Part shown: positions 1-10,792 of the stretch, in pieces | Position numbering within the stretch: position 1 is the first letter of the stretch | Layout: each line of letters starts with the position of its first letter | Origin: an uncultured virus (IMG/VR IMGVR_UViG_3300049793_000365) | Lineage: Duplodnaviria; Heunggongvirae; Uroviricota; Caudoviricetes | Reading direction: 5' to 3' (one strand) | DNA: 64,000 bases | Virus record (IMG/VR): IMGVR_UViG_3300049793_000365 | Notes under the pieces: generated by a model | What the model saw: only the letters and a program-made list of their open reading frames with translations | Databases searched by the model: none | Told to the model about the DNA's origin: nothing | Translations under genes and position numbers: made by a program

Positions 1-628
1 TTATGATGTGAATTGTTTAATTATTTTGGTAAATTTAAATCTGAAATCATGTAAGTATAATTGTTGACTGATACCCTCAGCAAAATAGAATTCCTTCTCT
101 TTGTTATACTTAACAACATATACAGCTTTGTGTTTATATGCTTCGATATCTTCTTTAGTCCAAGACGGGTAATGAGTCGAATAGAAGCTATCTGGTGTAT
201 CGAATGAGTCTGGTGATAGTATATCTCCCTCTTTTATAGATTCACCGTTAAAATCAACAGGATCTTTAATACCAGACCCACCTTTGAAATACATTTTAAC
301 CTTTTTCTCTTCCATTATTTCATCAATAAATATTCAATAGTGTTTGATTTATTTGACTTGCTTGCGTTCGGTATGTAGTGAAACTCATATAGGTCGTAAT
401 CATCTTTCTCCGTAATCTCAAGCTTATTAAATCTCATATCATTATTAACAACATATTTGGTGTCATTCTCAATGATGATAAGTGTTTTATTATTATGTGG
501 TTCGTTTAGATAATGTGTGTCCTTTATGAATAATAAGTAATGACTTGGTGCCATTGTATCACTCGATAGACAATCAGCAAAGATTTTGTCTTTGATAAGT
601 TCTCTGATTTCATCGGCATCTTTTATTC

Positions 629-1006
629 TTATTGGCATAGTTCTTCTAACTTTATATCTCGTGCTTCCATTTGTAAAGCTTCCTTAATTGATTCGTTTTT
701 ATATTCTGCCTTAGCCAACAAAAGTAATACTTCATCAACACTTTTCATATAAGCGTATTTTAATACTCTCTGTGTAGATATCTTATCGTAATTTTTAATA
801 GTCTCAAAACTAAGATAAGTCGGGAAATATACAGTATACCAATTGGTATTTACTATACTATTTCCTTGACACCATGCTATCTCAGTGGTGTTTTTACCAA
901 CACCTTCTGCTACTGTTATTCGCCAACCATCGACATCAGTGCGTTCCGAGCATATTAAAAATCCCATATTAATGAGGATTGATATCATTTCTTTAACTTC
1001 TATCAT
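629..1006 (-). CDS. hypothetical protein with C-terminal RDxK tag
   Basis: ends ARDIKLEELCQ; part of the minus-strand operon 1..1356. Confidence 0.7.
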   Translation of the reverse strand: MIEVKEMISILINMGFLICSERTDVDGWRITVAEGVGKNTTEIAWCQGNSIVNTNWYTVYFPTYLSFETIKNYDKISTQRVLKYAYMKSVDEVLLLLAKAEYKNESIKEALQMEARDIKLEELCQ

Positions 1007-1362
1007 CTTTGTAGTTTACCATTTAGGTTAAATCTCATACGATATGGATTTTCATCACACCATTTAAATGTAATTTTCGGTTCACTGATATCAGACTTTT
1101 TAGCCAATCGTATTAATCGACTACGAATTGCTTCTACTGCCTCATTTATCGTTTCTTTATTGGTACCAGTTTTTAATATACGATTTGAACGAACCATTTT
1201 ATACATCTTAGTATTCTCATTGAAATCAACCTCTATGCGAATACAAAAGTTGTATGGCCACTCAGGTGAGCATATCTTTGACGCAGCTAACTCTAAGTCA
1301 ACCTGATTCTCCATTTCAAATGTGAATAGCTCTAATATGTCAGTTATTAAGTTCAAGTTCTA

Positions 1363-1394
1363 CAAATGTACGGATAATATTCCGGATAACCAAA
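1363..1394 (-). promoter_or_regulatory. Bacteroidota-type -33/-7 promoter
   Basis: minus strand TTTG-N20-TACATTTG, 6 nt before the 1356 start; spacer contains CGGA-ATATTA-TCCG. Confidence 0.8.
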
Positions 1395-1437
1395 AATTAG
1401 GTGGTTTTTTGCTTATATCAGGTTTTATATATAACAT

Positions 1438-1824
1438 ATGAAGAATTTAATGGTATTTGAAACGTTCGTAGATGATTATTATACAGAAATAAAGCGACTT
1501 AAGAAGGATGCTATTGATAAGTTACTATATGTTGGTACCACTCTAATTGATGATTTTGGGTTTGATTTATATAAAAAGGGCTTCTCTTTTGTCAATAAGA
1601 AGATAATTAATTACTACACAAATGATATAATTGAATTTTCACCTGAGTTAGCTGATGAATTAAAGAGAATGAAAAACAGACTCAAAGAATACAATATGGA
1701 TCTACTAATAGGTGTTGTAGTGGATGACCATGATAGGACAAGAATTGAATACAATTACAGCGATGAGTTTTGTAAATCTCTTATCGGTAAACGTGGAAAC
1801 TTCTATGTCTTTATTACTAAATAA
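1438..1824 (+). CDS. N-tagged putative head-internal protein, paralog family A
   Basis: MKNLMVFETF; TTATATATA 4 nt upstream; TLIDDFGF...ELKRMKNRL. Confidence 0.65.
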   Translation: MKNLMVFETFVDDYYTEIKRLKKDAIDKLLYVGTTLIDDFGFDLYKKGFSFVNKKIINYYTNDIIEFSPELADELKRMKNRLKEYNMDLLIGVVVDDHDRTRIEYNYSDEFCKSLIGKRGNFYVFITK

Positions 1825-1833
1825 ATTATTACT

Positions 1834-2100
1834 ATGAAGCATTTAAAAACATTCGAATCTTATATAAATGAGGAATTCTATTTGGGTTCTGATGAAGTTG
1901 TTGGTGTGACTTTTAAATTAAAGCAACCAGTTACTTGTGATGGTAAAACATTTGGTACAGAAGATACGTGGACAATTGATAAAGCTATTGATGATGCTCA
2001 TTACTGTACGTCAGACAAAGGAGATAAGGAAGTATTTCACACAGATATTATATTAGGTGATACTATTATGAGTACAGAAGATTCAGCTAAATTTCACTAA
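1834..2100 (+). CDS. N-tagged putative head-internal protein
   Basis: MKHLKTFESYINE. Confidence 0.7.
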   Translation: MKHLKTFESYINEEFYLGSDEVVGVTFKLKQPVTCDGKTFGTEDTWTIDKAIDDAHYCTSDKGDKEVFHTDIILGDTIMSTEDSAKFH

Positions 2101-2831
2101 TCCCACCAAGTATATAGTGTCTTTTTATCTCTATTTAATTCGAATGTATCAGCGTTACCATACATAGTTTGTAGCTCATCCATTTCGGAATCTGTTAATT
2201 CTTTTATGTAAAAGCCTTCTAACTGTACACGAGCATCTGGTCTATCAATTACCCTAAGACCATTGAATACTATTCTATTTTTATACTTTGCTAAATCAAT
2301 CATAAGCTCGCACGTAGTAAAAATACTATTAGCTACTTTTTCTGTTAACTCAGCCTCTTTACTCTTTATCAATTTTTCAATAATACTAAATGGTACTTTA
2401 TCAAATCTCAAAACATCCAACTCAAGACTATATGATAAATAATAAGGGTCTAGTATATCATCACTGGCTGAAAATACAAATGATACAACTATCTCATGAG
2501 AGTTTACATCGTGTTTAGTTACGAAATCCAATAATGGTTTGGCTAACGTATGTAACTTCTCTTCTAATCTAAAATAACCATCATCGTCACCAATTTTATA
2601 ACCCATCGATAATGTGATATCACAGTTAATCTTTTGCGTCAATCGAATAAACTCTTTAGCTATTTCGGGTGTTAGTTTAGACTTATCGCGTGTTTTAAAA
2701 GCACAAATAGTTTTTCTTATGTTATATATCTTCTCGGTGTCATACTGGTCAACAAACCATTGCATAGCCTCATCAATCTCTGATTCTGTTGTGTATGAAT
2801 ATGTTTCGTTAAAGCGTTTTAAATGTTCCAT
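2097..2831 (-). CDS. N-tagged protein, family A-like
   Basis: MEHLKRFNE; EAMQWFVDQY. Confidence 0.65.
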   Translation of the reverse strand: MEHLKRFNETYSYTTESEIDEAMQWFVDQYDTEKIYNIRKTICAFKTRDKSKLTPEIAKEFIRLTQKINCDITLSMGYKIGDDDGYFRLEEKLHTLAKPLLDFVTKHDVNSHEIVVSFVFSASDDILDPYYLSYSLELDVLRFDKVPFSIIEKLIKSKEAELTEKVANSIFTTCELMIDLAKYKNRIVFNGLRVIDRPDARVQLEGFYIKELTDSEMDELQTMYGNADTFELNRDKKTLYTWWD

Positions 2832-2832
2832 A

Positions 2833-3249
2833 TTAATAATATTTATAAGTATATCTTAAACTAAGATTTAGCTTCATTAACTTAAAATCAGTGATGCTAT
2901 CCAGTCTTCTGTAAAAATCATCAGCTCTTTCTTTATTGAATAGGTTTTCATAGCTAAATTTCCTGTTATTAGTTATGATGTCAATATCCAATCTATCAAC
3001 TGTTTCTCGTGTGTGATGAGCTTCTATCTTTTTAAAAAATCTAATCAAATCAAATTTAAATTCCTTTGCTGATATAGAAGTAGAATTAGCCGCGCCATCC
3101 AATGTTTGGTTATATCTTATCTCAAAGCAATTGTAATCAACTACTAGTTTAAAGTCATATTTCTCACAAAAATCATCGAATACCGCTCTGATATGAGCTA
3201 TATTTTCATATGTATCTTCATGTTGTTCAAACCTCTTTAAGTACTTCAT
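2833..3249 (-). CDS. N-tagged protein, family A-like
   Basis: MKYLKRFEQ; AVFDDFCEKYDF. Confidence 0.65.
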   Translation of the reverse strand: MKYLKRFEQHEDTYENIAHIRAVFDDFCEKYDFKLVVDYNCFEIRYNQTLDGAANSTSISAKEFKFDLIRFFKKIEAHHTRETVDRLDIDIITNNRKFSYENLFNKERADDFYRRLDSITDFKLMKLNLSLRYTYKYY

Positions 3250-3464
3250 TTATCAGTAAAATATTTGGATAAAACTATTTCAATAGCATTATGTAAATTA
3301 GACTCAAGTAATTTAGCTTCTTCTTCGTCAATATCAAGTTTCATTGGTAATTCAATATTAACAGAGATAGCTTTATCGCTGATATCTATTTGATATTGGG
3401 TACCTGGTGTCTGACACTCGGTTTTAACCGCCTCAAATGTATTGAAATTTTTAAGATTCTTCAT
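3246..3464 (-). CDS. N-tagged small protein
   Basis: MKNLKNFNTFE; first gene after TAATATATA. Confidence 0.7.
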   Translation of the reverse strand: MKNLKNFNTFEAVKTECQTPGTQYQIDISDKAISVNIELPMKLDIDEEEAKLLESNLHNAIEIVLSKYFTDK

Positions 3465-3468
3465 CTAC

Positions 3469-3477
3469 TATATATTA
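3469..3477 (-). promoter_or_regulatory. putative phage late promoter TAATATATA
   Basis: 4 nt upstream of the ATG at 3464; recurrent motif. Confidence 0.7.
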
Positions 3478-3480
3478 ATT

Positions 3481-3506
3481 AAACTATCGTTTTTATTGTT
3501 TATATA
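3481..3506 (+). promoter_or_regulatory. putative third promoter class AAACT-N16-ATATA
   Basis: aaact-N16-atata immediately before the ORF at 3507. Confidence 0.45.
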
Positions 3507-3757
3507 ATGATTATGAAATTAGAGCAATTTTTTACAATAGAAGAAAATGATTTAAGAGAGATAATAGCCGATTTATTGGTTAAACGTGGTCTTAAATTTA
3601 AGGATGGTATTGATGATATCACCGTAAGTATCAATACAAATAGAAACAGTATAGATGGTCCAGTTGAGATTGGTCGCACATGGGGTTATCTTAACTCAGG
3701 TGTTGTTATTCATTGCGAGGTTGAGAATATCTAAATAATTTATATACTATATATTCT

Positions 3758-3766
3758 TAATATATA
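3758..3766 (+). promoter_or_regulatory. putative late promoter TAATATATA
   Basis: 5 nt upstream of the ATG at 3772. Confidence 0.7.
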
Positions 3767-3771
3767 GATTT

Positions 3772-4587
3772 ATGAAGTATTTAAAACAATTCGAATTGTT
3801 CCATTCTAACCCGCATTATGATATTACTGAGAATCTTTATAGAGATAAACAGTTCTACTATTTCACATCAGAGAACGGGTGGGAATATGAAGTCGGTTTT
3901 TACCTAAAGGGCAATCAATACTTCTTTGGGTTTAAAGCAAAAAGACCAGAAGACTTCATGTTTGATTTCGCTATATTAACCAATGACAATCCTTTTAAAG
4001 TATTAGCTACTATCAAGTGGATATGCGAAGAGCATTATAAGAAATACAAAGGTGAGAAGTACGTATTCTCACTAACTGGTGAAAAGGAAATATCAGCTAA
4101 GAGAGAAAGGTTGTATATGAGAATATTAGATGGGCTTGATGATTGGAATATCGTTAAAGATCCTGAAATGTCTCGTTGGTATCTAACCAGAAAGAATGAT
4201 ATATCTGAGTCTCTTGAAACTACACATCCAATGTTAAAGCTAAAGAGAGACTTTAATATTGAGTTAGAAGTTGATAATGAATTGATACATTCAATTGAAG
4301 TAGTTGACCCAAGTGATGATTACTATTCAAATGAGTGGTGTCAAGTAAGAGTATGGACAAAAGTTATGAGAACTGAACAAACATCAGAGCTTAACAATAA
4401 AGAGGAAATTGCTCTTATAAAAGAGAAATATTTAACTGAGAGTACTGATAAGCTAAATAAGTTTCTTAAAAAGTTCTGTATGAAATATGAGTTTACATAT
4501 TTCGATGTTCATAATAGTCAAGCAAAAGATACCATGTTTACTAAGAATTACGCACTCATTAGTTACATCATACGGATAGGATTCTAA
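3772..4587 (+). CDS. N-tagged two-domain protein (C-terminal family B domain)
   Basis: MKYLKQFELF; C-terminal KKFCMKYEF. Confidence 0.7.
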   Translation: MKYLKQFELFHSNPHYDITENLYRDKQFYYFTSENGWEYEVGFYLKGNQYFFGFKAKRPEDFMFDFAILTNDNPFKVLATIKWICEEHYKKYKGEKYVFSLTGEKEISAKRERLYMRILDGLDDWNIVKDPEMSRWYLTRKNDISESLETTHPMLKLKRDFNIELEVDNELIHSIEVVDPSDDYYSNEWCQVRVWTKVMRTEQTSELNNKEEIALIKEKYLTESTDKLNKFLKKFCMKYEFTYFDVHNSQAKDTMFTKNYALISYIIRIGF

Positions 4588-4907
4588 TTAGACCACATCT
4601 TTTTTAATGCTTCTTTTAAATCTCTGAATATAGGTATCACTCGTCTTCTATACTTAATAGATATTATACACAGTATCGAAACGCCTATTGCTACTATTGT
4701 TATATTAATACTAAGCATCGACAATCCAATGAATTGAAGCATAGATAGTACACATAGTTTAAATCTATTAGCTGTTAACCTTGTTAGTTGTTGATTTCTT
4801 GCGTGACTTTTATCTTTATAAATTTTATTTATAAGGTCTACAAAGACAAATTTATTATACAATAATATAGAGAATATAATAAATAATATGGATAGAACTA
4901 TATACAT
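4584..4907 (-). CDS. hypothetical membrane protein
   Basis: 2-3 hydrophobic segments. Confidence 0.55.
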   Translation of the reverse strand: MYIVLSILFIIFSILLYNKFVFVDLINKIYKDKSHARNQQLTRLTANRFKLCVLSMLQFIGLSMLSINITIVAIGVSILCIISIKYRRRVIPIFRDLKEALKKMWSN

Positions 4908-5221
4908 TATTCTTCATCTACATACATAGCACATTCATCACAGTATGAACCTGGACCGAAGCAGGTAGCTCTGTTGAAGTTACACTCATCACACAAAGGT
5001 ATATAATATTTATCATATCCCATTTGATATCCACGCTTTATACCAGCTTGAATAGCAGATACGATAGTGGTATCAGTGATATCATTCAAATTTGGAACTC
5101 TTTTCTCTAGCTCTTCAAAGCATTTTTTAGCCTCATCAAGTGTGCTTTTTTCTTCTAATTCTTCTATCATTATTGTATATTTGTCCAAAAATAAGGATTA
5201 TTTACATAAAAACAATAAAAA

Positions 5222-5253
5222 TTTGCATATCCGGAATATTATCCGTACATTTA
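5222..5253 (+). promoter_or_regulatory. Bacteroidota-type -33/-7 promoter
   Basis: TTTG-catatccggaatattatccg-TACATTTA; ATG at 5259. Confidence 0.8.
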
Positions 5254-5258
5254 CGCTA

Positions 5259-5561
5259 ATGGAAGACTCATCACAATCTAAAGGTATATTCGTTAAGCTT
5301 ACTAAAATAAGGGATTCTGAATCAGCATATGTTAAGAATCACATTGAGGCTGGCTTTGAAATAACTGGATATATTAAAGAAAAGCCAGTAGTTGGTGAAG
5401 TTATTTTCATATTAGACGAAAGAGGATATTCAATATTTACATCGAGTATTATATTGAACGTATTACCGAATAATAGATGGCAGACAAACAACTCAATCTA
5501 TGAAATGATTTGTATAGAAGAGTTTAGAGATAATCAAATAGACGCAATTATAAATGGATAA
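5259..5561 (+). CDS. hypothetical protein with C-terminal tag
   Basis: start reassigned to MEDSS after the promoter; ends FRDNQIDAIING. Confidence 0.7.
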   Translation: MEDSSQSKGIFVKLTKIRDSESAYVKNHIEAGFEITGYIKEKPVVGEVIFILDERGYSIFTSSIILNVLPNNRWQTNNSIYEMICIEEFRDNQIDAIING

Positions 5562-5790
5562 AACATTGATAGACGGTCTCTCTAAAGAGGATTTAATAAA
5601 GGTCATAGCTACTATGCACGATACCATTCAAGAATGGAATAATGGTTATGGTTTAGAAAAAGAAGAAGGTGATGCGCTTATTGAAATAGGTTCAGCTTGT
5701 ACACAATATTGTTCTAGTAAGGGTAGTTGGGGTATTCCAAACCCAACGCAAATAATCAGAGATAGTAAAATAAACAAAATCGTAGAATGA
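5554..5790 (+). CDS. hypothetical protein with C-terminal tag
   Basis: ends IRDSKINKIVE. Confidence 0.7.
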   Translation: MDKTLIDGLSKEDLIKVIATMHDTIQEWNNGYGLEKEEGDALIEIGSACTQYCSSKGSWGIPNPTQIIRDSKINKIVE

Positions 5791-6112
5791 AAAAATATCC
5801 AAAAATAGCTAACTGGGACCAACTTAAAGAACAGTTTGGTCTTACTGATAAACCGGGTTATAAAAATGCGAAGGATATCTCTCGCGACCTGACATTCATC
5901 GCTAATAATTATGACTTTGATACCGCACCAGATGGTGACCACAAATCTATTAAAAGTGGTTTATCAGTTCATAAGTCTGGTAACGCACATGAAATGTCAA
6001 TCGCGTGTATCGACTATCAATTAAATAATCCAGACTCAGGGATTTGTATCTTTGAATACAAGGGTGTTATTGATGGTTTAGTGACATTTGAATTCTTGAG
6101 TACTGCTAAATA

Positions 6113-6397
6113 ATGTTTGGTAGTAGAAGACAGCGAGAACAAGAACTTGATAATGAATTCAAGGTTAAGTCTCCACCAAAATATAAAGTAGGTCAGAAGA
6201 TATATTACATCGACGGTAATGATAATACCGCGATTAGAAGCATTGCGTGGGTGAATATCGCCACCGATGATTCCGGGAATAGACACTGGGTATATACCAC
6301 AAATTCAACCTTTGAAGAATTATTGGAAACAGACTTTGAGCCTTGGTTATCTAAGCAAGAAGTTAGAGATAGAAAACTAAATAACTTACTTAGTTAA
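6113..6397 (+). CDS. SH3/KOW-like hypothetical protein with C-terminal tag
   Basis: KYKVGQKIY; ends VRDRKLNNLLS. Confidence 0.65.
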   Translation: MFGSRRQREQELDNEFKVKSPPKYKVGQKIYYIDGNDNTAIRSIAWVNIATDDSGNRHWVYTTNSTFEELLETDFEPWLSKQEVRDRKLNNLLS

Positions 6398-6426
6398 TAT
6401 CATCAGAACTTCTTAATATATAGTTT

Positions 6427-6753
6427 ATGAAATATCTGAAAAGTATTAATGAACTACTCGATTCAAAGGAGATAGAAAGACAATTAGAGATTGAACTAGA
6501 AGATGATTATCTCGATAACATCATAGAGTATATCTTGGTTGGTACTAGTTCGACTGGTTATTGGGTTGAGTTAAATATTAAGATACCAAATGACTTAACA
6601 TTCTCTAAAGCTATATACTTAGATTATTTAATCAATCAGCTATTGAAATCCAAGATGGAAAAATTTTGTAGAAAATATAACTACGAACTTCTATCAATTA
6701 AGCCAGCGGCTACTGGTAACAATCAAATTCATGCTCAGATAAGAACTAATTAA
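6427..6753 (+). CDS. N-tagged protein, family B
   Basis: MKYLKSINE; KFCRKYNY; TAATATATA at 6414-6422. Confidence 0.7.
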   Translation: MKYLKSINELLDSKEIERQLEIELEDDYLDNIIEYILVGTSSTGYWVELNIKIPNDLTFSKAIYLDYLINQLLKSKMEKFCRKYNYELLSIKPAATGNNQIHAQIRTN

Positions 6754-7104
6754 AAATAGTCACTTGAGTTAAGATATTCGAAAGCGTATTCCTTATTGAC
6801 GATTAATACATTTGTCTTTCCTTTTAGAACAAACGAACCGTCTGGTTTGATATCTTCTGCTACACCTTCCATACCGATGTATGCGCTACCAACTCCTGGG
6901 TGATTACGAGGGCTTGGTAGCCATGTTAATTTAATAACAGCCTTGTTGTTCGGTACGAAGTGAAAAGCTTCTGTAATCAAAGCCTGTGCCTTTCTACGCG
7001 GTAAGAATATCATTCTCACATAAACCAATATGTGATAAATGCTTGGGAACTTTAAATATAATGCTCTCAAGAATAGAAATGTTTTCGATGGTTTTTTCAT
7101 ACCA

Positions 7105-7136
7105 TAAATATAAGGATAATTTTTCAATTGTCCAAA
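7105..7136 (-). promoter_or_regulatory. Bacteroidota-type -33/-7 promoter
   Basis: TTTG-N20-TATATTTA; likely start at 7100 (MKKPSK). Confidence 0.7.
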
Positions 7137-7145
7137 TATTTGGAT

Positions 7146-7574
7146 TTAATTATGAATAGTGGTAACCAGTCTGATATACAGCGATGTTATGTTGTAATTG
7201 ATATATTTACCATCTTCTAAATCCTTTACTACATCAGATAGATTGGTAAAAACTGTTTGTGATTCATCACTTGAGTTAACAAACAATTGCATTGTTATTT
7301 TGGATGGGTCATAAAACATAGAACCATTATTTGAACGGACTTGTTTAAGTTTAGATATAACCCTTCTTATTTCCCTAAAGAAGTCTTCATTAACAACAAT
7401 TGATAAATTACTATTGTCAGTTTCAAATGTGCTATCAGATAAACCCTCGGTCAAATCATCAAGTTCATATTTAAGCATTAGTGATGATAAACAGTTAAAT
7501 ATTTCTGAGCGGTCAAAGCTATTACCAAACACATCTTCATATGTGGTCTCATTGAATTTTCTTAAATACTTCAT
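7146..7574 (-). CDS. N-tagged protein, family A
   Basis: MKYLRKFNE; NCLSSLMLKYEL...FFREIRRVISKL. Confidence 0.65.
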   Translation of the reverse strand: MKYLRKFNETTYEDVFGNSFDRSEIFNCLSSLMLKYELDDLTEGLSDSTFETDNSNLSIVVNEDFFREIRRVISKLKQVRSNNGSMFYDPSKITMQLFVNSSDESQTVFTNLSDVVKDLEDGKYINYNITSLYIRLVTTIHN

Positions 7575-8107
7575 ATCATTTGTGTTGTTAGATCCTTATA
7601 TGATTTCTGAAGTACATCACCAATACCATATAGATTGAATTCGTTATCCTTTTGCGCTCTTTTGTTAGCATATCCGAATAAGCCTTTGAATTTACCTCTA
7701 TTTTTAACGAAAATACAAGCTGTAATCATTGTGTTATCATCTTCGAATGATTCCTCATAGGGAACTTCAATAGTAACTGTTACGTTGAATTTCTCGTCTT
7801 CTGTATTAGTATCACTTAAAATATATTCAAAACATCTGTGATATTCTTTACGCTCAATTTTCATTTTCATTTTCGACACATCAGGAATCTCAACTTTTCG
7901 TCTACCCAACTCAGCTAATAACTCTGGTGTATAAACAATTGATTTAACCATCTCTCTGATTTGAGAAACGTCCACCTTGTAATTCTTATGATGCTTTTGT
8001 AATTGCGTATTACCAGCCATGAAATCCTTGAAGAATCTCTGTAAATCTTCGGTAGAAGGATTTGAATTTTCTTTTAAAAAGTCACTCCAATGTTTTAGGT
8101 TTCTCAT
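7571..8107 (-). CDS. N-tagged protein
   Basis: MRNLKHWSDFLKE; TAATATATA at 8113-8121 (minus). Confidence 0.7.
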   Translation of the reverse strand: MRNLKHWSDFLKENSNPSTEDLQRFFKDFMAGNTQLQKHHKNYKVDVSQIREMVKSIVYTPELLAELGRRKVEIPDVSKMKMKIERKEYHRCFEYILSDTNTEDEKFNVTVTIEVPYEESFEDDNTMITACIFVKNRGKFKGLFGYANKRAQKDNEFNLYGIGDVLQKSYKDLTTQMI

Positions 8108-8144
8108 AGTTGTATATATTAATTATAATCCGTATATTTGACTC

Positions 8145-8666
8145 ATGTTTGTATGTACTGGTGAAATAGATGAAAAGATTAAATTCTTAATCAGAAATTC
8201 TGATACCATTGCTTTACGTGGGATTTTTAGGGATATCGCTAAAGATGTTATAGAACAGCGCAATTTACCAAATGATGATAGACATACCTATCTGGCTTCA
8301 CTAGCAGTAGAAGTAGCCATAAAGAATATACACAATTATAATGTGAATACAGGAAAAGCTGTTTTGTTTTTCTATAATACAATTGATGGTATATTACTTC
8401 GTTCTAAATTAGACCCGTTTGTAGAAATTTTGTTCGCACACGATTTTTCACATAGAGTACACAATCATTTCATGCACTTCGAGAGTGATAAGTATAAGTT
8501 ATACTTTATGTATGACAAGAAGTATAAAGAATTGCTTTATAACGGTGATATTAAAACCAAAGTCAATAATATTGAAGAGCTTCAAGATATGCTTAAACAA
8601 TCGAAAAGAAATGAATCAATTACTTCGATTTTAAGCTCTCAAAAAACAGATCCAGTTTGTGATTAG
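8145..8666 (+). CDS. sigma region-2 (gp55-like) related protein with C-terminal tag
   Basis: AIKNIHNYNVNTGKAVLFFYNTI resembles sigma region 2.3-2.4; KRNESITSIL; TATATTTG at 8133-8140. Confidence 0.4.
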   Translation: MFVCTGEIDEKIKFLIRNSDTIALRGIFRDIAKDVIEQRNLPNDDRHTYLASLAVEVAIKNIHNYNVNTGKAVLFFYNTIDGILLRSKLDPFVEILFAHDFSHRVHNHFMHFESDKYKLYFMYDKKYKELLYNGDIKTKVNNIEELQDMLKQSKRNESITSILSSQKTDPVCD

Positions 8667-10755
8667 TTAAATACGTTGGTAATTCATCCAATGGTACTTT
8701 AAATACTTTCGCCTTATCAGTAGCCTTATCAGTAATCTTACCAGTGATAGTTAAATCATCTGAGTTGAATTTAGTAAGTCTTATTAAATAATCAGATGTT
8801 TCTTTTGTGATATTATCTCTATATTCTTCGAACTCAAGCTTAGTTATCATTTCTCTGAACTTTTTATAGTTAGCGACAGTTTCTCTTAAATCGTCAGACT
8901 CATCGATATATTCTTCTATTTTATCCAACATAGAATCACCAGCTTTTTTAATATCATCATCCGTAATATATTCACCCATTGATATGTATTCTGGTAAGTC
9001 AACAGTATCATTCGGTTCAGATTCTATGATAGTCATAATCTCATAGTCATTAAGCTTATCGAAATTGTTAGCTATGTATTCAACAATGTTCTCACAACCC
9101 ATTTCTATACGACCTTCGTGATAATCGAATCTCAATTTACCATGTTCTACCTTAAGAGCATCGTGTAAATTACCTTCAGCCTCAGAAGAAAGTTCACCCA
9201 TAAAATCATTAATATATTCTTTCAATCCGTGTTTGGATAATGTTTCATACCACTTATCTTTATCATCATCCTTAAGCTCAATACCAATTGAAGTCATGAT
9301 ATTAACAAGTCTCTTGTTTTGCTCATCACTTAAGTAGTTTGAGAAATATTCTTCCTCTTCTGTACCATAAAAGAAATCATCAGTATTACCATAATAATTT
9401 GCTCTATGTACATAAGCCGCATACTCAGTTGTCATTGTAGAATAATAATCCTCTATTGGTATTTCTACGTTAATATAGGTATCAAAATATTTCCTCTCTA
9501 CGTTATATTTAATCTTTTTACCATTATTATAAACAAGAGGTTCTAATATCTTATCAAGTATCTCATCATAGTTATCCAGTTCTTCCAAATCAAATCGATT
9601 TAAGAACATATATCTCTGATATTCTGCTTCAAATACCATATCACCGTTCGTAAATTCAATAGCATCCTCTATTGTTCCTCTTGCTATCATTTCTTGAATA
9701 GGTGTTAATTTGTCTGTTTTTACTACTAAACCTCTCAATAAACGCCATTCGAATGGTATTCTATCAATTAAATTCTCCCAAATATCTAATTCAACAGTCT
9801 TATTAAAGATATCCTTAGTCATTGGTACACTTCTAAGTCTTTGTATAGCTTCTTCTTTACTAATTGGTTTGAATATATCAATGTCAATTTTATACGTAGC
9901 ACAGTACCCTTTAAGTTGAGTAGACTTATCATCCTTTAAATGTGATGTATGTACTGTACCATCTGATTTAATAGTAGTACCAATTCTGAAATCATTACTT
10001 GAATAAGGCACACCGAAGTTCCAAACGAAATATTGTTTGGTTAATTTTTCCGGGCTATTATAATGATTCCACATACCTCGGCTAGATATACACCATGAAA
10101 CTGAACCAAGCTTCTTAGAAGCTTCTTCTGTTGATATTTCTGCTACAACTATGTTACCTTGGTGGTAAGTTAATACGGCACCTTCTGTTTCATTAATCTG
10201 TTCTACAACTTGTTTCATACTAGTGTAGCTATCTATATGTGCTATGGTTGCTGTATAAAGGTCATCGAAGTCAGTAAAAGAGAACGATTTTGTTTTCATT
10301 AAATGAAGGTAGTCTTTGTAGACATTATTTGGCATATTAGTCACCAATGAAAAATAGTCACTATTCTCTCTGGCTTCCTTCTTATGTTTAGCTGGTAGTT
10401 CAGCTACAATTCTATTGAATCTTGTGTGTTCTTCAATACGCATAATATCATCGAGAACTTTCTCATATGATTCGTATTTGTCTATCTGTTGTGGTAATTC
10501 ACCAATCTTTCTACCTAATTGTTTAATTAGGTTATAGAGATATTTTAAGTCTTCAATTTTAATCTGTTCTTTGTAACGGAATTTAGTGAAAGCGAAGATA
10601 TAACCAGGGTTATTTTTAAGCAATTCTTTTATTTGAATGAAGTCACCATCATTTTCCGGTATATTATTCTTCTTCAAGAATGTTCTGGCAGATGATAAGT
10701 TCTCAAATAGTTGCCAACTTAGTATATCTTTATTAGGTGAATTTAAATATCTCAT
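8620..10755 (-). CDS. large N-tagged protein (711 aa), probable virion/ejected protein
   Basis: start reassigned to MRYLNSPNKDILSWQLFE, 5 nt after TAATATATA (10761-10769); LGSVSWCIS motif; acidic C-terminal half. Confidence 0.7.
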   Translation of the reverse strand: MRYLNSPNKDILSWQLFENLSSARTFLKKNNIPENDGDFIQIKELLKNNPGYIFAFTKFRYKEQIKIEDLKYLYNLIKQLGRKIGELPQQIDKYESYEKVLDDIMRIEEHTRFNRIVAELPAKHKKEARENSDYFSLVTNMPNNVYKDYLHLMKTKSFSFTDFDDLYTATIAHIDSYTSMKQVVEQINETEGAVLTYHQGNIVVAEISTEEASKKLGSVSWCISSRGMWNHYNSPEKLTKQYFVWNFGVPYSSNDFRIGTTIKSDGTVHTSHLKDDKSTQLKGYCATYKIDIDIFKPISKEEAIQRLRSVPMTKDIFNKTVELDIWENLIDRIPFEWRLLRGLVVKTDKLTPIQEMIARGTIEDAIEFTNGDMVFEAEYQRYMFLNRFDLEELDNYDEILDKILEPLVYNNGKKIKYNVERKYFDTYINVEIPIEDYYSTMTTEYAAYVHRANYYGNTDDFFYGTEEEEYFSNYLSDEQNKRLVNIMTSIGIELKDDDKDKWYETLSKHGLKEYINDFMGELSSEAEGNLHDALKVEHGKLRFDYHEGRIEMGCENIVEYIANNFDKLNDYEIMTIIESEPNDTVDLPEYISMGEYITDDDIKKAGDSMLDKIEEYIDESDDLRETVANYKKFREMITKLEFEEYRDNITKETSDYLIRLTKFNSDDLTITGKITDKATDKAKVFKVPLDELPTYLTNHKLDLFFESLKSK

Positions 10756-10792
10756 AAGTGTATATATTAAGATGAGCCGCCAGAAAGCTAAA

